Source: Eubacteriales bacterium (GTDB lineage: Bacteria > Bacillota > Clostridia > Oscillospirales > CAG-272). From it: 64,000 nt of DNA. This document shows positions 55,797 through 64,000 of the stretch, in pieces. The stretch's first letter is position 1, and the number at the start of each line of letters is the position of its first letter. The notes under the pieces were generated by a model. The model was given only the letters and a program-made list of their open reading frames with translations, had not been told where the DNA came from and did no database searches. The translations under genes were made by a program, and so were the position numbers. The stretch is taken from contig JAZQDD010000028.1 of assembly GCA_045546615.1 (NCBI GenBank), positions 5,626 through 69,625 on the forward strand. The letters are read 5' to 3'.

Positions 55797-56783
55797 ATGC
55801 CAAACTACACACTTAAAATATGGCTCAGCTCCATACCCGAGGAGCTTCCGAGGCTTCCCGCGCTCGTAGACGCGCACATGATCGCTTCCCCCGTAGAGCC
55901 GCTTGAAAAAAGCTCCGTTCCTTCAAAAATACTCACCGCCGCGCCCGACGTCAACGCCATTCTTACCGTCAGCGCGGAAGGAAGCCTTACCGAGGCGGTG
56001 CGCAACACCGTAAAGAAATACGCAAACGCGCTTTGCTCAACTTACGGCGGTATCACCGAGGAGGAGGACGGCACGCTCGGCGCGCCCGCAAATCCGTATG
56101 ATTTTCCGAAGATAAATCTCTACTCGGAAATGCTCACTATCGCGCTGTGGTACGAGCCCTCGCGCGGCTTTGACACCTTTGCCGAGGATTTTGTCACGGC
56201 GCTCGAGGAAGAACTGCCCTGCGCACTGCCCGTCACCTACGGCAAGGAAGACGCGCCCTACTCGCGCGAAGGCTTCATAGAATATCTCAAAGCACAAAGC
56301 GCACCCGTATGGCGTCCCGCCCGCCCCGTCGCATCCGTCGGAATAAGCGATGCCGCACGCCGCGAGTCCGATTACGAGGGCTACCGCGCCTCGCGCATCG
56401 CCATTGAGCTTCCCGCAGAATTATACGCGATAGAGGACTGGGCGATAGTTGTCCGCAGGGTGCTTCTGCGCCTTTGCGAGCTTACCGATGCCTTTTTCGG
56501 TCAGATAACGCTTGGTGAATGCCCCGTCAGCGCGTGGTGGTGGCAGGGCGTTCCCGCCGAGCTTGGCGTGGCGTGCTATTTCGGAACGCCGTACGCAGAG
56601 CTTATCCCCGACTGCGAGCAGATAGGCACACGCACGAAGAAGGGCTACACCTTCACAGAGCCGAACGGCCCGCGCGTACCCGACGAGCTTATTTCGTTCA
56701 AAAAAAGCCGCATACACCAAAAAAAGACAGACTACCCCTACTACGATAATTTCACCGCAGCACAAAAAATACCGCTTAAATAA
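55797..56783 (+). CDS. Hypothetical protein, no recognisable family
   Basis: It is a long ORF with host-like codon usage. The start is uncertain (ATG at 55797 or TTG at 55758), and neither has a clear RBS. Confidence 0.55.
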   Translation: MPNYTLKIWLSSIPEELPRLPALVDAHMIASPVEPLEKSSVPSKILTAAPDVNAILTVSAEGSLTEAVRNTVKKYANALCSTYGGITEEEDGTLGAPANPYDFPKINLYSEMLTIALWYEPSRGFDTFAEDFVTALEEELPCALPVTYGKEDAPYSREGFIEYLKAQSAPVWRPARPVASVGISDAARRESDYEGYRASRIAIELPAELYAIEDWAIVVRRVLLRLCELTDAFFGQITLGECPVSAWWWQGVPAELGVACYFGTPYAELIPDCEQIGTRTKKGYTFTEPNGPRVPDELISFKKSRIHQKKTDYPYYDNFTAAQKIPLK

Positions 56784-56802
56784 GCAACCGAAAGGAGCGC
56801 CC

Positions 56803-57741
56803 ATGAAACGACCGATACTTGCCATAGTGGGCGCAACCGCCTCGGGCAAAAGCTCACTCGCACTTCGCATAGCCCCCCTGCTTGGCGGCGAGATAATCGC
56901 CTGCGACTCAATGCAGATATACGAAAAAATGGACGTCGGCACGGCAAAGCCGACACCCGAGGAGCGCAAAGCAGTTCCGCACCACATGATAGATTTTCTG
57001 CCGCCCGACACGCCGTTTTCCTGCGCCGAATACGCAGAGCGTGCACTCGCCGCCGTGGATGACGTTCACAGCCGCGGCAAGCTCCCCATCGTTGTCGGCG
57101 GAACGGGGCTTTACCTTGACTCTCTCCTCTTTGAACGCCCCTACGCCGCAAGCGAGGGCGCAAGCGCACTTCGTGACGAGCTTTCCGAGCTGGCAAAAAA
57201 AGAGGGCGGAGCGCACGCGCTGTGGCTTGAGCTGTCACGCATTGACCCCGAAAGCGCAGAAAAAACACACGAAAACAACGTGCGCCGCGTTATACGCGCG
57301 CTTGAGATATACCGCGCGACGGGCATTCCGAAAAGCCGCCTTGACAAAATGGGCGGAGAGGCGAGGTTTGACCATGCCGTAATCTGCCTGCGCTACCCCG
57401 ACCGCAATTTTCTGTTGCGCAGGATAGAGCAAAGAGTCGACGCAATGCTTGCAGACGGTCTGCTTGAAGAAACAGCCATGCTTTTGCGCCTTGGCGTTTT
57501 CGGCACGGACTCAACGGCGGCAAAAGCGATAGGCTACAAGGAGATGCTCGGCTGCATACAGGGCAAAATGAGCCTTGATGAATGCCGCGAGGCACTTGTG
57601 ATAGCCACACGGCAATACGCCAAACGGCAGATGACGTGGTTTTCTGCAAAGGACTACGTAAACATGATAGACGTTACCGAGGACGAGCCGGATCCTTTCG
57701 AGAAAGTTCTCGCCCTCGCAAACCAACTGCTAAAGCAGTAA
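56803..57741 (+). CDS. miaA: tRNA dimethylallyltransferase
   Basis: It has a P-loop (IVGATASGKSSLAL), DSMQIYEKMDVGTAKP and VGGTGLY. Confidence 0.95.
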   Translation: MKRPILAIVGATASGKSSLALRIAPLLGGEIIACDSMQIYEKMDVGTAKPTPEERKAVPHHMIDFLPPDTPFSCAEYAERALAAVDDVHSRGKLPIVVGGTGLYLDSLLFERPYAASEGASALRDELSELAKKEGGAHALWLELSRIDPESAEKTHENNVRRVIRALEIYRATGIPKSRLDKMGGEARFDHAVICLRYPDRNFLLRRIEQRVDAMLADGLLEETAMLLRLGVFGTDSTAAKAIGYKEMLGCIQGKMSLDECREALVIATRQYAKRQMTWFSAKDYVNMIDVTEDEPDPFEKVLALANQLLKQ

Positions 57742-57765
57742 ATTTTACAGAAAGGCAATATTGGT

Positions 57766-59223
57766 ATGCCACGAAAGGAATACAACGCTCTCGCCGCGTT
57801 TCGCGCGCAGGACAAGCCGCGAAAAACACGGCAGCGGCTTGATCTTTCATATATTTTTACCGCGCTCTTACAAATATTCGTTGCGCTTGGCGCAATGACT
57901 CTTGTGGTATACTTCGGATACCACACGGTAACGGCGTTTACCAGCTCCGTAACAACCACCCCCGCGTACACGATAGAGCATTCGGCATACACCGACTCTA
58001 CGGCGTATATCATACGCGACGAAGCCCCCATAAAAACGTCCTTCGTTTCGGGCTTTGCCGATTACCGCGTGAGCAACGGCGAGCGTGTGGGAAAGGGCGA
58101 GATAATTTGCGACATCTACCCCGCGGCAGAGGAAACTCTGCGCCGACAGATAGGCGCTATCGACGAGGAAATAGCTCTGCTTGAGGACGTGCTGGCATCC
58201 GCCGCCGCTTCGGGAAGCATATCCGCCGTCGGCAAGCGTGTCTCTGCCGACTACACAGCTCTCATGTCCGCTCTCTACGGCGGAGAGCTTGCCGACGCCG
58301 TAAGGCTCTCCGACTCACTGCGCGGCTCGCTGACCGCACTCGCGGCGCTATCGGGCGAGGCGGACGGCGTAAACACGCGCCTGACGGAGCTTAAAGAACA
58401 GCGAGCCTCCACGCTGACAATGCTCGGCGGAAGCATCGGCAAAACAAGTGCGCCCTCCATAGGCTACTTTTTCGCCGAATGCGATGGGTACGAAAACGTT
58501 TTCACGCCCGAACTTATCAAAAAATTCAGCACGGAGGCGTTTTACACCGCGGTAAATACCGCACCCGAGCAGGCATCCTTTATCGGAAAGATAGTCAATT
58601 CCGCAAAATGGTACGTAGCCGCCCCCATGAGCGCAAGCCAGAGCAAAAATTACACCGTTGGGCAAAGCTATCGCCTGACCTTCCCCGATAACGGCGGCTA
58701 CGTCATAAAAATGACTCTTGAAAAATTCGCCTATGACGAGGAGGGCGGTGCGATACTGCTGTTTTCCTCGTCCGATATCCCGTCCGACTTCCTATATATG
58801 CGCGCCCAGCGGGTGCGCGTGGAATACCGCGTTTTCAACGGATACCGCATACCCATCGAGGCTGTGCGCCACTATGACGGAATGACGGGCGTGTATACCC
58901 TGCACGGCGGCTACGTTTACTTTCGCCGAATAAACGTCCTTTACGAGGGCGAGGGCTACTACATCGTTTCAAAATACGCCGATATCGAAAAAGGTAAACC
59001 GAAAACGTTCCGAGTGCTTGGCTTCAACCCCGACGGCGTGTTGCACGAATACGACTCCATTTTTACCGTAGCAGAAAAGCTCGGACTTGAAAAAACCGTT
59101 CACAATAACGGCGGAACGCCGTTAAAATACGGCTATTCCGCGCCGTATTTCTACCATCTTGCCGACCTTGAGGAGATAATCATAGCCGGCAACGACCTAT
59201 ATCACGGAAAGGTGCTTGATTGA
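57766..59223 (+). CDS. HlyD-like membrane-fusion-type protein (tentative), single N-terminal TM
   Basis: It has a TM anchor, a lipoyl-like hairpin (GERVGKGEIICDIY), coiled-coil segments (LRRQIGAIDEEIALLEDV, LTELKEQRASTL) and a beta-rich C-terminus. Confidence 0.4.
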   Translation: MPRKEYNALAAFRAQDKPRKTRQRLDLSYIFTALLQIFVALGAMTLVVYFGYHTVTAFTSSVTTTPAYTIEHSAYTDSTAYIIRDEAPIKTSFVSGFADYRVSNGERVGKGEIICDIYPAAEETLRRQIGAIDEEIALLEDVLASAAASGSISAVGKRVSADYTALMSALYGGELADAVRLSDSLRGSLTALAALSGEADGVNTRLTELKEQRASTLTMLGGSIGKTSAPSIGYFFAECDGYENVFTPELIKKFSTEAFYTAVNTAPEQASFIGKIVNSAKWYVAAPMSASQSKNYTVGQSYRLTFPDNGGYVIKMTLEKFAYDEEGGAILLFSSSDIPSDFLYMRAQRVRVEYRVFNGYRIPIEAVRHYDGMTGVYTLHGGYVYFRRINVLYEGEGYYIVSKYADIEKGKPKTFRVLGFNPDGVLHEYDSIFTVAEKLGLEKTVHNNGGTPLKYGYSAPYFYHLADLEEIIIAGNDLYHGKVLD

Positions 59224-59930
59224 TGCAAGATCTTAAACAACGCTATATGGCAGTAAAAGCCGCCGTAGCCGAGGCGGCGATAGCCTCGGGCAGAAATGCA
59301 GATGACGTAGAGCTTATCGCGGCTGTGAAATACGCCACCGCAGAGGAGATAAACTTCCTGCACAGAGAATGCGGACTTTGCCACATCGGAGAAAACCGCG
59401 TCCAACAGCTTCTCGATCATTATGAGGCGCTGGAATGCCGAGATGAGATGAAGATACACTTTATCGGCTCGTTGCAAAAAAATAAGGTAAAATACATCGT
59501 CGACAAGGTATGCCTTATCCACTCGCTCGACTCCCTCTCCCTTGCCGCCGAGATAGAAAAGCAATCGGCAAAGCGCGGCATCACAACGGACGTACTCGTT
59601 GAGATAAACAGCGGCAGAGAGGAAGCCAAGGGCGGCGTTATGCCCGAGGATGCAGAAGCCTTTTGCCTTTCCCTTTCGGCGTTTGAACACGTGCGCCTGC
59701 GCGGTTTTATGACAATGGCGCCAAAATGTGAAAAAAAAGAAGAATATTTTAATTATTTTCAAGAAACTTCACAACTTGTTCTTGACATTTGGCAAGAAAA
59801 ACTTCATAATATATATAAGCCTGTCTTGTCGATGGGTATGAGCGCAAGCGTCATCCCCGCAATCGAGGCGGGCGCAGATTGCGTACGAGTAGGCTCTGCC
59901 ATTTTCGGCAGGACCACACCCCTTAAATAA
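59223..59930 (+). CDS. YggS/YlmE family pyridoxal-phosphate homeostasis protein
   Basis: It has AVKYATAEEI, GENRVQQL and HFIGSLQKNKVKYIV. The ATG overlaps the upstream stop (TGATG). Confidence 0.9.
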   Translation: MQDLKQRYMAVKAAVAEAAIASGRNADDVELIAAVKYATAEEINFLHRECGLCHIGENRVQQLLDHYEALECRDEMKIHFIGSLQKNKVKYIVDKVCLIHSLDSLSLAAEIEKQSAKRGITTDVLVEINSGREEAKGGVMPEDAEAFCLSLSAFEHVRLRGFMTMAPKCEKKEEYFNYFQETSQLVLDIWQEKLHNIYKPVLSMGMSASVIPAIEAGADCVRVGSAIFGRTTPLK

Positions 59931-59965
59931 AAATAAATGAATTATAGAAAGCATGGAGGAACAAC

Positions 59966-60454
59966 ATGGCACGTTTTACCAACCCCTTTAAGAACACTGC
60001 CCCCAAGGACGATTTTGACACCACTTACTACGGTGAGGATACCGCTGATATTCAGGACGACACATTGTTTACCGCACCCAAGACCGAAGAGAGTATAGAG
60101 CGCCCCGTTTCCGCCCCCTCGGTCGCTCCCAAGCGCACGGGATTTATGTCCACAAGCACCGCAGCCGTTACCATGAAACTGATGAAGCCCACAAGCTATC
60201 AGGAGGGCACTTCCATTGCTGACCAGCTTATGAATAATTGCGCAGTAGTTATGAACCTCGAAAACACCAATAAGGAGACTGCCTCCAACCTTATATACTT
60301 CCTTAGCGGAGTTATCTACGCTATCAACGGACACATGAAGCCCGTTTCGGGAGACACCTACATGCTCACTCCCAACAACATGGAGATAGCAGAGGAAGGC
60401 ACGGGCGCCGCTCCCGCCGACGACGGGCTTGACGCTTACGGATACAATTATTGA
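59966..60454 (+). CDS. sepF: Cell division protein SepF
   Basis: It has KLMKPTSYQEGTSIADQLMNNCAVVMNLE and sits between the ylmE-like and yggT genes. Confidence 0.9.
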   Translation: MARFTNPFKNTAPKDDFDTTYYGEDTADIQDDTLFTAPKTEESIERPVSAPSVAPKRTGFMSTSTAAVTMKLMKPTSYQEGTSIADQLMNNCAVVMNLENTNKETASNLIYFLSGVIYAINGHMKPVSGDTYMLTPNNMEIAEEGTGAAPADDGLDAYGYNY

Positions 60455-60606
60455 TTTTCGCCGCCGCTTGGCGGATATGGGCTGCGTCTTTAGTGCAACC
60501 ACTCCAAAAAAAGTCTGACGCAGGCTTTTTGAGGTGCGTGATTTGCGTTTTTTGCCCGTGAAACAGGCAAAAATTGCGGTGTTTCGCCGCAAAGCAAAAA
60601 CGATAG

Positions 60607-60659
60607 GGGTGAGTACCAAATGCATTTTTGCATTTGCCTCACCCCCCGCAATTCTTAAC
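60607..60659. repeat. Intergenic palindromic repeat, copy 2
   Basis: The sequence gggtgagtaccaaatgcatttttgcatttgcctcaccccccgc-aattcttaac has the same orientation as copy 1 at 47768. Confidence 0.8.
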
Positions 60660-60675
60660 AAGAAAGGTAAAAAAC

Positions 60676-60957
60676 TTGAAGTTTTTTCTTTATCTCGTAA
60701 TTAATCTGTGTGACACGTTTTTAACCGTCATACTTTTCGCAATGCTCGCTCGGGCGCTGATGAGCTTCCTCTTCATGGGAGAGGAAAACAAGTTCTCCCT
60801 TTTCCTGTACTCGATAACGGAGCCGTTCATTCTGCCCTTCCGCGCACTTTTTGCGAAGTTCGGTTGGTTTGAGGGAATGCCGCTTGACGCCGCATTCTTT
60901 TTCGCCACCGTATTCCTTTCGATAATCCAGACATGCCTGTTTAGCATACCAATATAA
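60676..60957 (+). CDS. YggT family membrane protein
   Basis: It has LARALMSFLF...ITEPFILPFR. I prefer the in-frame TTG at 60676 (RBS gaaaggt, 7 nt upstream) because the track start at 60628 lies inside the palindromic repeat. Confidence 0.8.
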   Translation: MKFFLYLVINLCDTFLTVILFAMLARALMSFLFMGEENKFSLFLYSITEPFILPFRALFAKFGWFEGMPLDAAFFFATVFLSIIQTCLFSIPI

Positions 60958-60980
60958 AATTTAAGGAAGGTTTTCCAGAA

Positions 60981-61913
60981 ATGGCAATTCCGCAAAGCTT
61001 TAAGGAAAAATACTCTCTTACAGGTGACGAGTACGAAAAACGGAATGTGGACCTTGCGCTTTCCGACCTTTTTTCCGCATCCACCAGACTCTATGCCGAT
61101 AACGCAGAGCTGCGCCGTCAGCTCGAAGAAGTAAAGGCGGAGCGCCAAAAGCTCGCCGCACAGCTTAACGAAGCAAGGTCTGCCCCCGCCCCCGAGACGG
61201 CAGCACCCGTGACAGCAATGAAGCTTGATGAAATAAGCCGCCGCCTTGATGCACTCGAGAGCAAGATAGGCGCAAACGCAGGAGTGCTTGGCGAAAAGCT
61301 CTCCGCTATTGCCGAGGCGCTTTCGGGCGCAGTCGTGTACACATCCGCAGGGGATGACCTCTCCTCGGATGAAGAGACCCTTGCCGATGCCGAGGCGCTC
61401 GAATACGCCGAGGAAGCACCGTCCGAGGAATGCACCGACGACCACTCCCCCGAGGCTGTTTCAGCCGCTATCCGCACCGTAAGTGTTGAACCTACGCTCG
61501 ATTTTAGCGAGATCATAAAAGAAACCACCGCGCCCAAGGAAGAAATCATAATTGATAAAGCATCCGAAGCCGAGGAAGAACCCATGATCGAGGAAGTACC
61601 CGAAGCCGAGGAAGAGCTCATGATCGAGGAAGCTCCCGCCGAAAGTACCGAGCCATCGCGCGAGGAAATTATAAAAGCGGCAGGACTTGAGGAAGCGGCA
61701 GAGGAAATAGAACCCGCAGAGCCAATTCCCGACGACAGCGTTTCAAGCATGCTGGCGGCTCTTTACTCCTCGCCCGCCGAAGAACCCTCTCCCGCCGAGG
61801 AAGAAAAATCCGAACAGGAGCAAACGGACGCTCCCACAGCCGAGTCAGGCAAGGTCAGCGGAATGCGCAGTTCACTCGATGCCATCCGCCGCCGCCGCGA
61901 AAAGAAGAAATAA
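60981..61913 (+). CDS. DivIVA-like coiled-coil protein with a long acidic repeat tail (tentative)
   Basis: It sits between yggT and ileS. It has an N-terminal coiled coil (NAELRRQLEEVKAERQKLAAQLNE) and a Glu/Ala/Pro-rich C-terminus with a duplicated AEEEPMIEEVPE/AEEELMIEEAPA unit. Confidence 0.5.
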   Translation: MAIPQSFKEKYSLTGDEYEKRNVDLALSDLFSASTRLYADNAELRRQLEEVKAERQKLAAQLNEARSAPAPETAAPVTAMKLDEISRRLDALESKIGANAGVLGEKLSAIAEALSGAVVYTSAGDDLSSDEETLADAEALEYAEEAPSEECTDDHSPEAVSAAIRTVSVEPTLDFSEIIKETTAPKEEIIIDKASEAEEEPMIEEVPEAEEELMIEEAPAESTEPSREEIIKAAGLEEAAEEIEPAEPIPDDSVSSMLAALYSSPAEEPSPAEEEKSEQEQTDAPTAESGKVSGMRSSLDAIRRRREKKK

Positions 61914-61933
61914 TTTATTTTAGGAGTCAAAAA

Positions 61934-64000
61934 ATGCCTAAGGACTATACAAGCACACTTAATCTGCCGCAGACCGATTTTGCGATGCGCGCAAATCTCC
62001 CCCAGCGCGAGCCCGAAATGTTAAAGTATTGGGACAGCATCGACCTTTACGACACCCTTCTCAAGAATGCCGAGGGCAAGGAGCAGTTCGTTCTTCACGA
62101 CGGCCCTCCTTTCTCCAACGGTAACATCCACATGGGCCACGCCCTCAACAAAACGCTCAAGGACATCATCAACAAGTCCAAGATAATGGAAGGCTACCGC
62201 GTACCCTACGTTCCCGGCTGGGACAACCACGGTATGCCCATTGAGAGCGCCATCATCAAAAAGAACAAGCTCAACCGCAAGAATATGTCCATCTCCGAGT
62301 TCAGAAGCGCGTGCCACGCCTTCGCACAGGACTTTGTGGACAAGCAGAGCGAGCAGTTCCGGCGCCTCGGTGTAGTTGGCGATTGGAAAAACCCCTACAT
62401 CACCATGGCTCCCGAGTTTGAGGCACGCGAGGTCAAGGTCTTTGGAGAAATGTTCAAAAAAGGCTACATCTACAAGGGACTCAAGCCCGTTTATTGGTGC
62501 CCCCACGACGAGACCGCGCTTGCCGAGGCTGAAATCGAGTACGCTAACGACAAATGCACCTCTATATTCGTAAAATTCGCCGTAAAGGACGACAAGGGCA
62601 AGCTCGCTGATAAGGTAGACCTCAAAAAGACCTACTTCATCATCTGGACTACCACCACTTGGACGCTCCCCGGTAACCTTGCCATCGCCCTTCACCCCGA
62701 CGAGAGCTACGCCGTAGTTTCTGCCGAGGGTAACTACTACATCGTTGCCGAGGCTCTTGCCGCAAGAACCATGGCAAAGGGTGGTATCGAATCCTACGAG
62801 ATCGTCACCACCATGGCGGGTAAGGAATTCGAATACATGACTGCTTTCCATCCCTTCCTTGACCGCGACAGCCTTGTGGTCAACGCAGATTACGTAACCA
62901 TGGACAGCGGTACGGGATGCGTTCACACCGCACCCGGCTTTGGCGCGGACGACTATCTGACGGGCCGCCGCTATAATATGAACATCATCGTTCCCGTTGA
63001 CGACCGCGGATATCAGACCGCCGATGCGGGCAAGTTCGCAGGTCTTTACTACGAGGACTCCAACAAGGCAATTCTTGCTGATATGACCGAGAGCGGTGCG
63101 CTCTTTGCTTCCGAGGAGATGGAGCACTCCTATCCTCACTGCTGGAGATGTAAGCACCCCATCATCTTCCGCGCAACTCCGCAGTGGTTCTGCTCGGTAG
63201 ACGCCTTCAAGGATGCCGCCGTTGCCGCTTGCGCCGACGTTAAGTGGCTTCCCGCTTGGGGCGGCGAGCGTATGGTGCAGATGATACGCGAGCGTGCAGA
63301 CTGGTGCATCTCCCGTCAGCGCCATTGGGGACTGCCCATTCCCGTATTCTATTGCGACGATTGCGGCAAGGCTCTTTGCGATGACGTTACAATCGACGCT
63401 ATCGCCCGCGTTTTCGCCAAGAAAGGCTCTAACGCTTGGTTTGATATGACTCCCGCCGAGATACTCGGTGAGGACTACGTTTGCCCCTACTGCGGCAAAA
63501 AGCATTTTAGTGCCGAGACCAACACCCTTGACGGTTGGTTTGACTCCGGCTCTACGCACTTCTCCGTTATCGACGACTGCGCCGACACCGAGTGGCCCGC
63601 AGCCGTTTACCTTGAGGGTGCTGACCAGTACCGCGGTTGGTTCCAGTCCTCGCTCCTTACCGCCATCGGCTCGGGCAAGACGAGCGCGCCCTTCAAGCAG
63701 GTGCTGACTCACGGCTGGGTAGTTGACGGCGAGGGCAAGGCGATGCACAAGTCCCTTGGCAACTCCATCTACCCCGAGGACGTTATCAAGAAATACGGCG
63801 CAGACCTCGTTCGCCTTTGGGTTGCATCGAGCGACTACACCGTAGACGTGCGCGTTTCCGACAACATCTTCAAGCAGCTCTCCGAGACCTACCGTAAGTT
63901 CCGTAACACCGCGCGTATCATTATGGCAAATCTCAACGATTTTAACCCCGATACCGACATGGTTGCCGTCGCTGATATGCAGGGCATCGACCGCTACATC
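61934..64000 (+). CDS. ileS: Isoleucine--tRNA ligase, 3'-truncated by the window edge
   Basis: It is absent from the ORF track because the frame is open-ended. ATG at 61934 follows taggag, and the protein starts MPKDYTSTLNLPQTDFAMRANLPQREPEMLKYWD. HDGPPFSNGNIHMGHALNK carries the HIGH motif, and KAMHKSLGN carries the KMSKS-like motif. Confidence 0.95.
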   Translation, partial: MPKDYTSTLNLPQTDFAMRANLPQREPEMLKYWDSIDLYDTLLKNAEGKEQFVLHDGPPFSNGNIHMGHALNKTLKDIINKSKIMEGYRVPYVPGWDNHGMPIESAIIKKNKLNRKNMSISEFRSACHAFAQDFVDKQSEQFRRLGVVGDWKNPYITMAPEFEAREVKVFGEMFKKGYIYKGLKPVYWCPHDETALAEAEIEYANDKCTSIFVKFAVKDDKGKLADKVDLKKTYFIIWTTTTWTLPGNLAIALHPDESYAVVSAEGNYYIVAEALAARTMAKGGIESYEIVTTMAGKEFEYMTAFHPFLDRDSLVVNADYVTMDSGTGCVHTAPGFGADDYLTGRRYNMNIIVPVDDRGYQTADAGKFAGLYYEDSNKAILADMTESGALFASEEMEHSYPHCWRCKHPIIFRATPQWFCSVDAFKDAAVAACADVKWLPAWGGERMVQMIRERADWCISRQRHWGLPIPVFYCDDCGKALCDDVTIDAIARVFAKKGSNAWFDMTPAEILGEDYVCPYCGKKHFSAETNTLDGWFDSGSTHFSVIDDCADTEWPAAVYLEGADQYRGWFQSSLLTAIGSGKTSAPFKQVLTHGWVVDGEGKAMHKSLGNSIYPEDVIKKYGADLVRLWVASSDYTVDVRVSDNIFKQLSETYRKFRNTARIIMANLNDFNPDTDMVAVADMQGIDRYI

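Noticed and set aside
60628-60675. An N-terminal extension of yggT starting at ATG 60628. Similar track extensions are tpiA 17360, DUF1846 31760, Toprim 33456, the small membrane protein 36367, GLUG A 47680, GLUG B 49556 and YegP 43658.
   Set aside because: In each case a downstream in-frame start has a proper RBS, or a stop-start overlap, and yields a canonical N-terminus or signal peptide. The extensions run through repeats, terminators or the upstream gene.
61914-61933. A T-box leader expected upstream of ileS.
   Set aside because: Only 20 nt separate the previous stop from the ileS ATG, so there is no room for a T-box. ileS appears to be co-transcribed with the division cluster.
62021-63748. 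A 575-aa minus-strand ORF is the only long ORF the track lists in this region.
   Set aside because: The plus strand from 61934 encodes IleRS with HIGH and KMSKS-like motifs and runs off the window. The minus ORF is its shadow.
1-64000. Prophage, transposon, integron, CRISPR-Cas or canonical defence islands.
   Set aside because: I saw no integrase, transposase, recombinase, Cas, restriction-modification or phage structural signatures in any frame. I also saw no tRNA or rRNA genes. The accessory content is limited to the TA pair, the CPBP islet, the XRE cassette and the GLUG paralogs.

Overview
The window looks like a chromosomal segment from a moderately G+C-rich, spore-forming Clostridia lineage (Oscillospiraceae/Ruminococcaceae-like); this taxonomic guess rests on gene content such as spoIIR and a ytvI-like gene, and on codon style. 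G+C is well above 50% by eye with strong GC3 bias. Most of the window is recognisable housekeeping. This includes pyruvate:ferredoxin oxidoreductase, pgk-tpiA, pnp-rpsO, serC-serA, the rimP-nusA-ylxR-L7Ae-infB operon, ftsK, queA, miaA, the ylmE-sepF-yggT-divIVA-like-ileS division cluster, uppP, cca, two U32 paralogs and two M15/VanY carboxypeptidase paralogs. I saw no rRNA, tRNA, CRISPR array, transposase or integrase. Two real genes run off the window edges and are missing from the ORF track: a lipoprotein at 1..719(-) and ileS at 61934..64000(+). Many long track ORFs are antisense shadows of conserved genes. The most interesting observations are these. (1) Three exported proteins share a Cys-containing C-terminal tail (GGCGS, hydrophobic helix, RKKED) behind Thr-rich linkers, and none has LPXTG. 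They are two tandem GLUG-repeat paralogs and an SGNH hydrolase whose start is coupled to the infB stop. This looks like a sorting signal that may be undescribed. (2) An orphan promoter-to-terminator unit of about 330 nt lies upstream of queA and could be a ncRNA or a micro-ORF. (3) A promoter-like site precedes a 128-nt imperfect hairpin and further hairpins between an XRE gene and tpiA. (4) A small membrane protein is translationally coupled to a SecB-like protein. (5) An AT-rich islet carries a CPBP intramembrane protease. (6) A divergent XRE-XRE switch cassette is bracketed by a duplicated 34-bp hairpin. (7) A TauE/SafE gene is split by a single in-frame stop. All functional calls rest on motif recognition from the translations, because no database search was possible.
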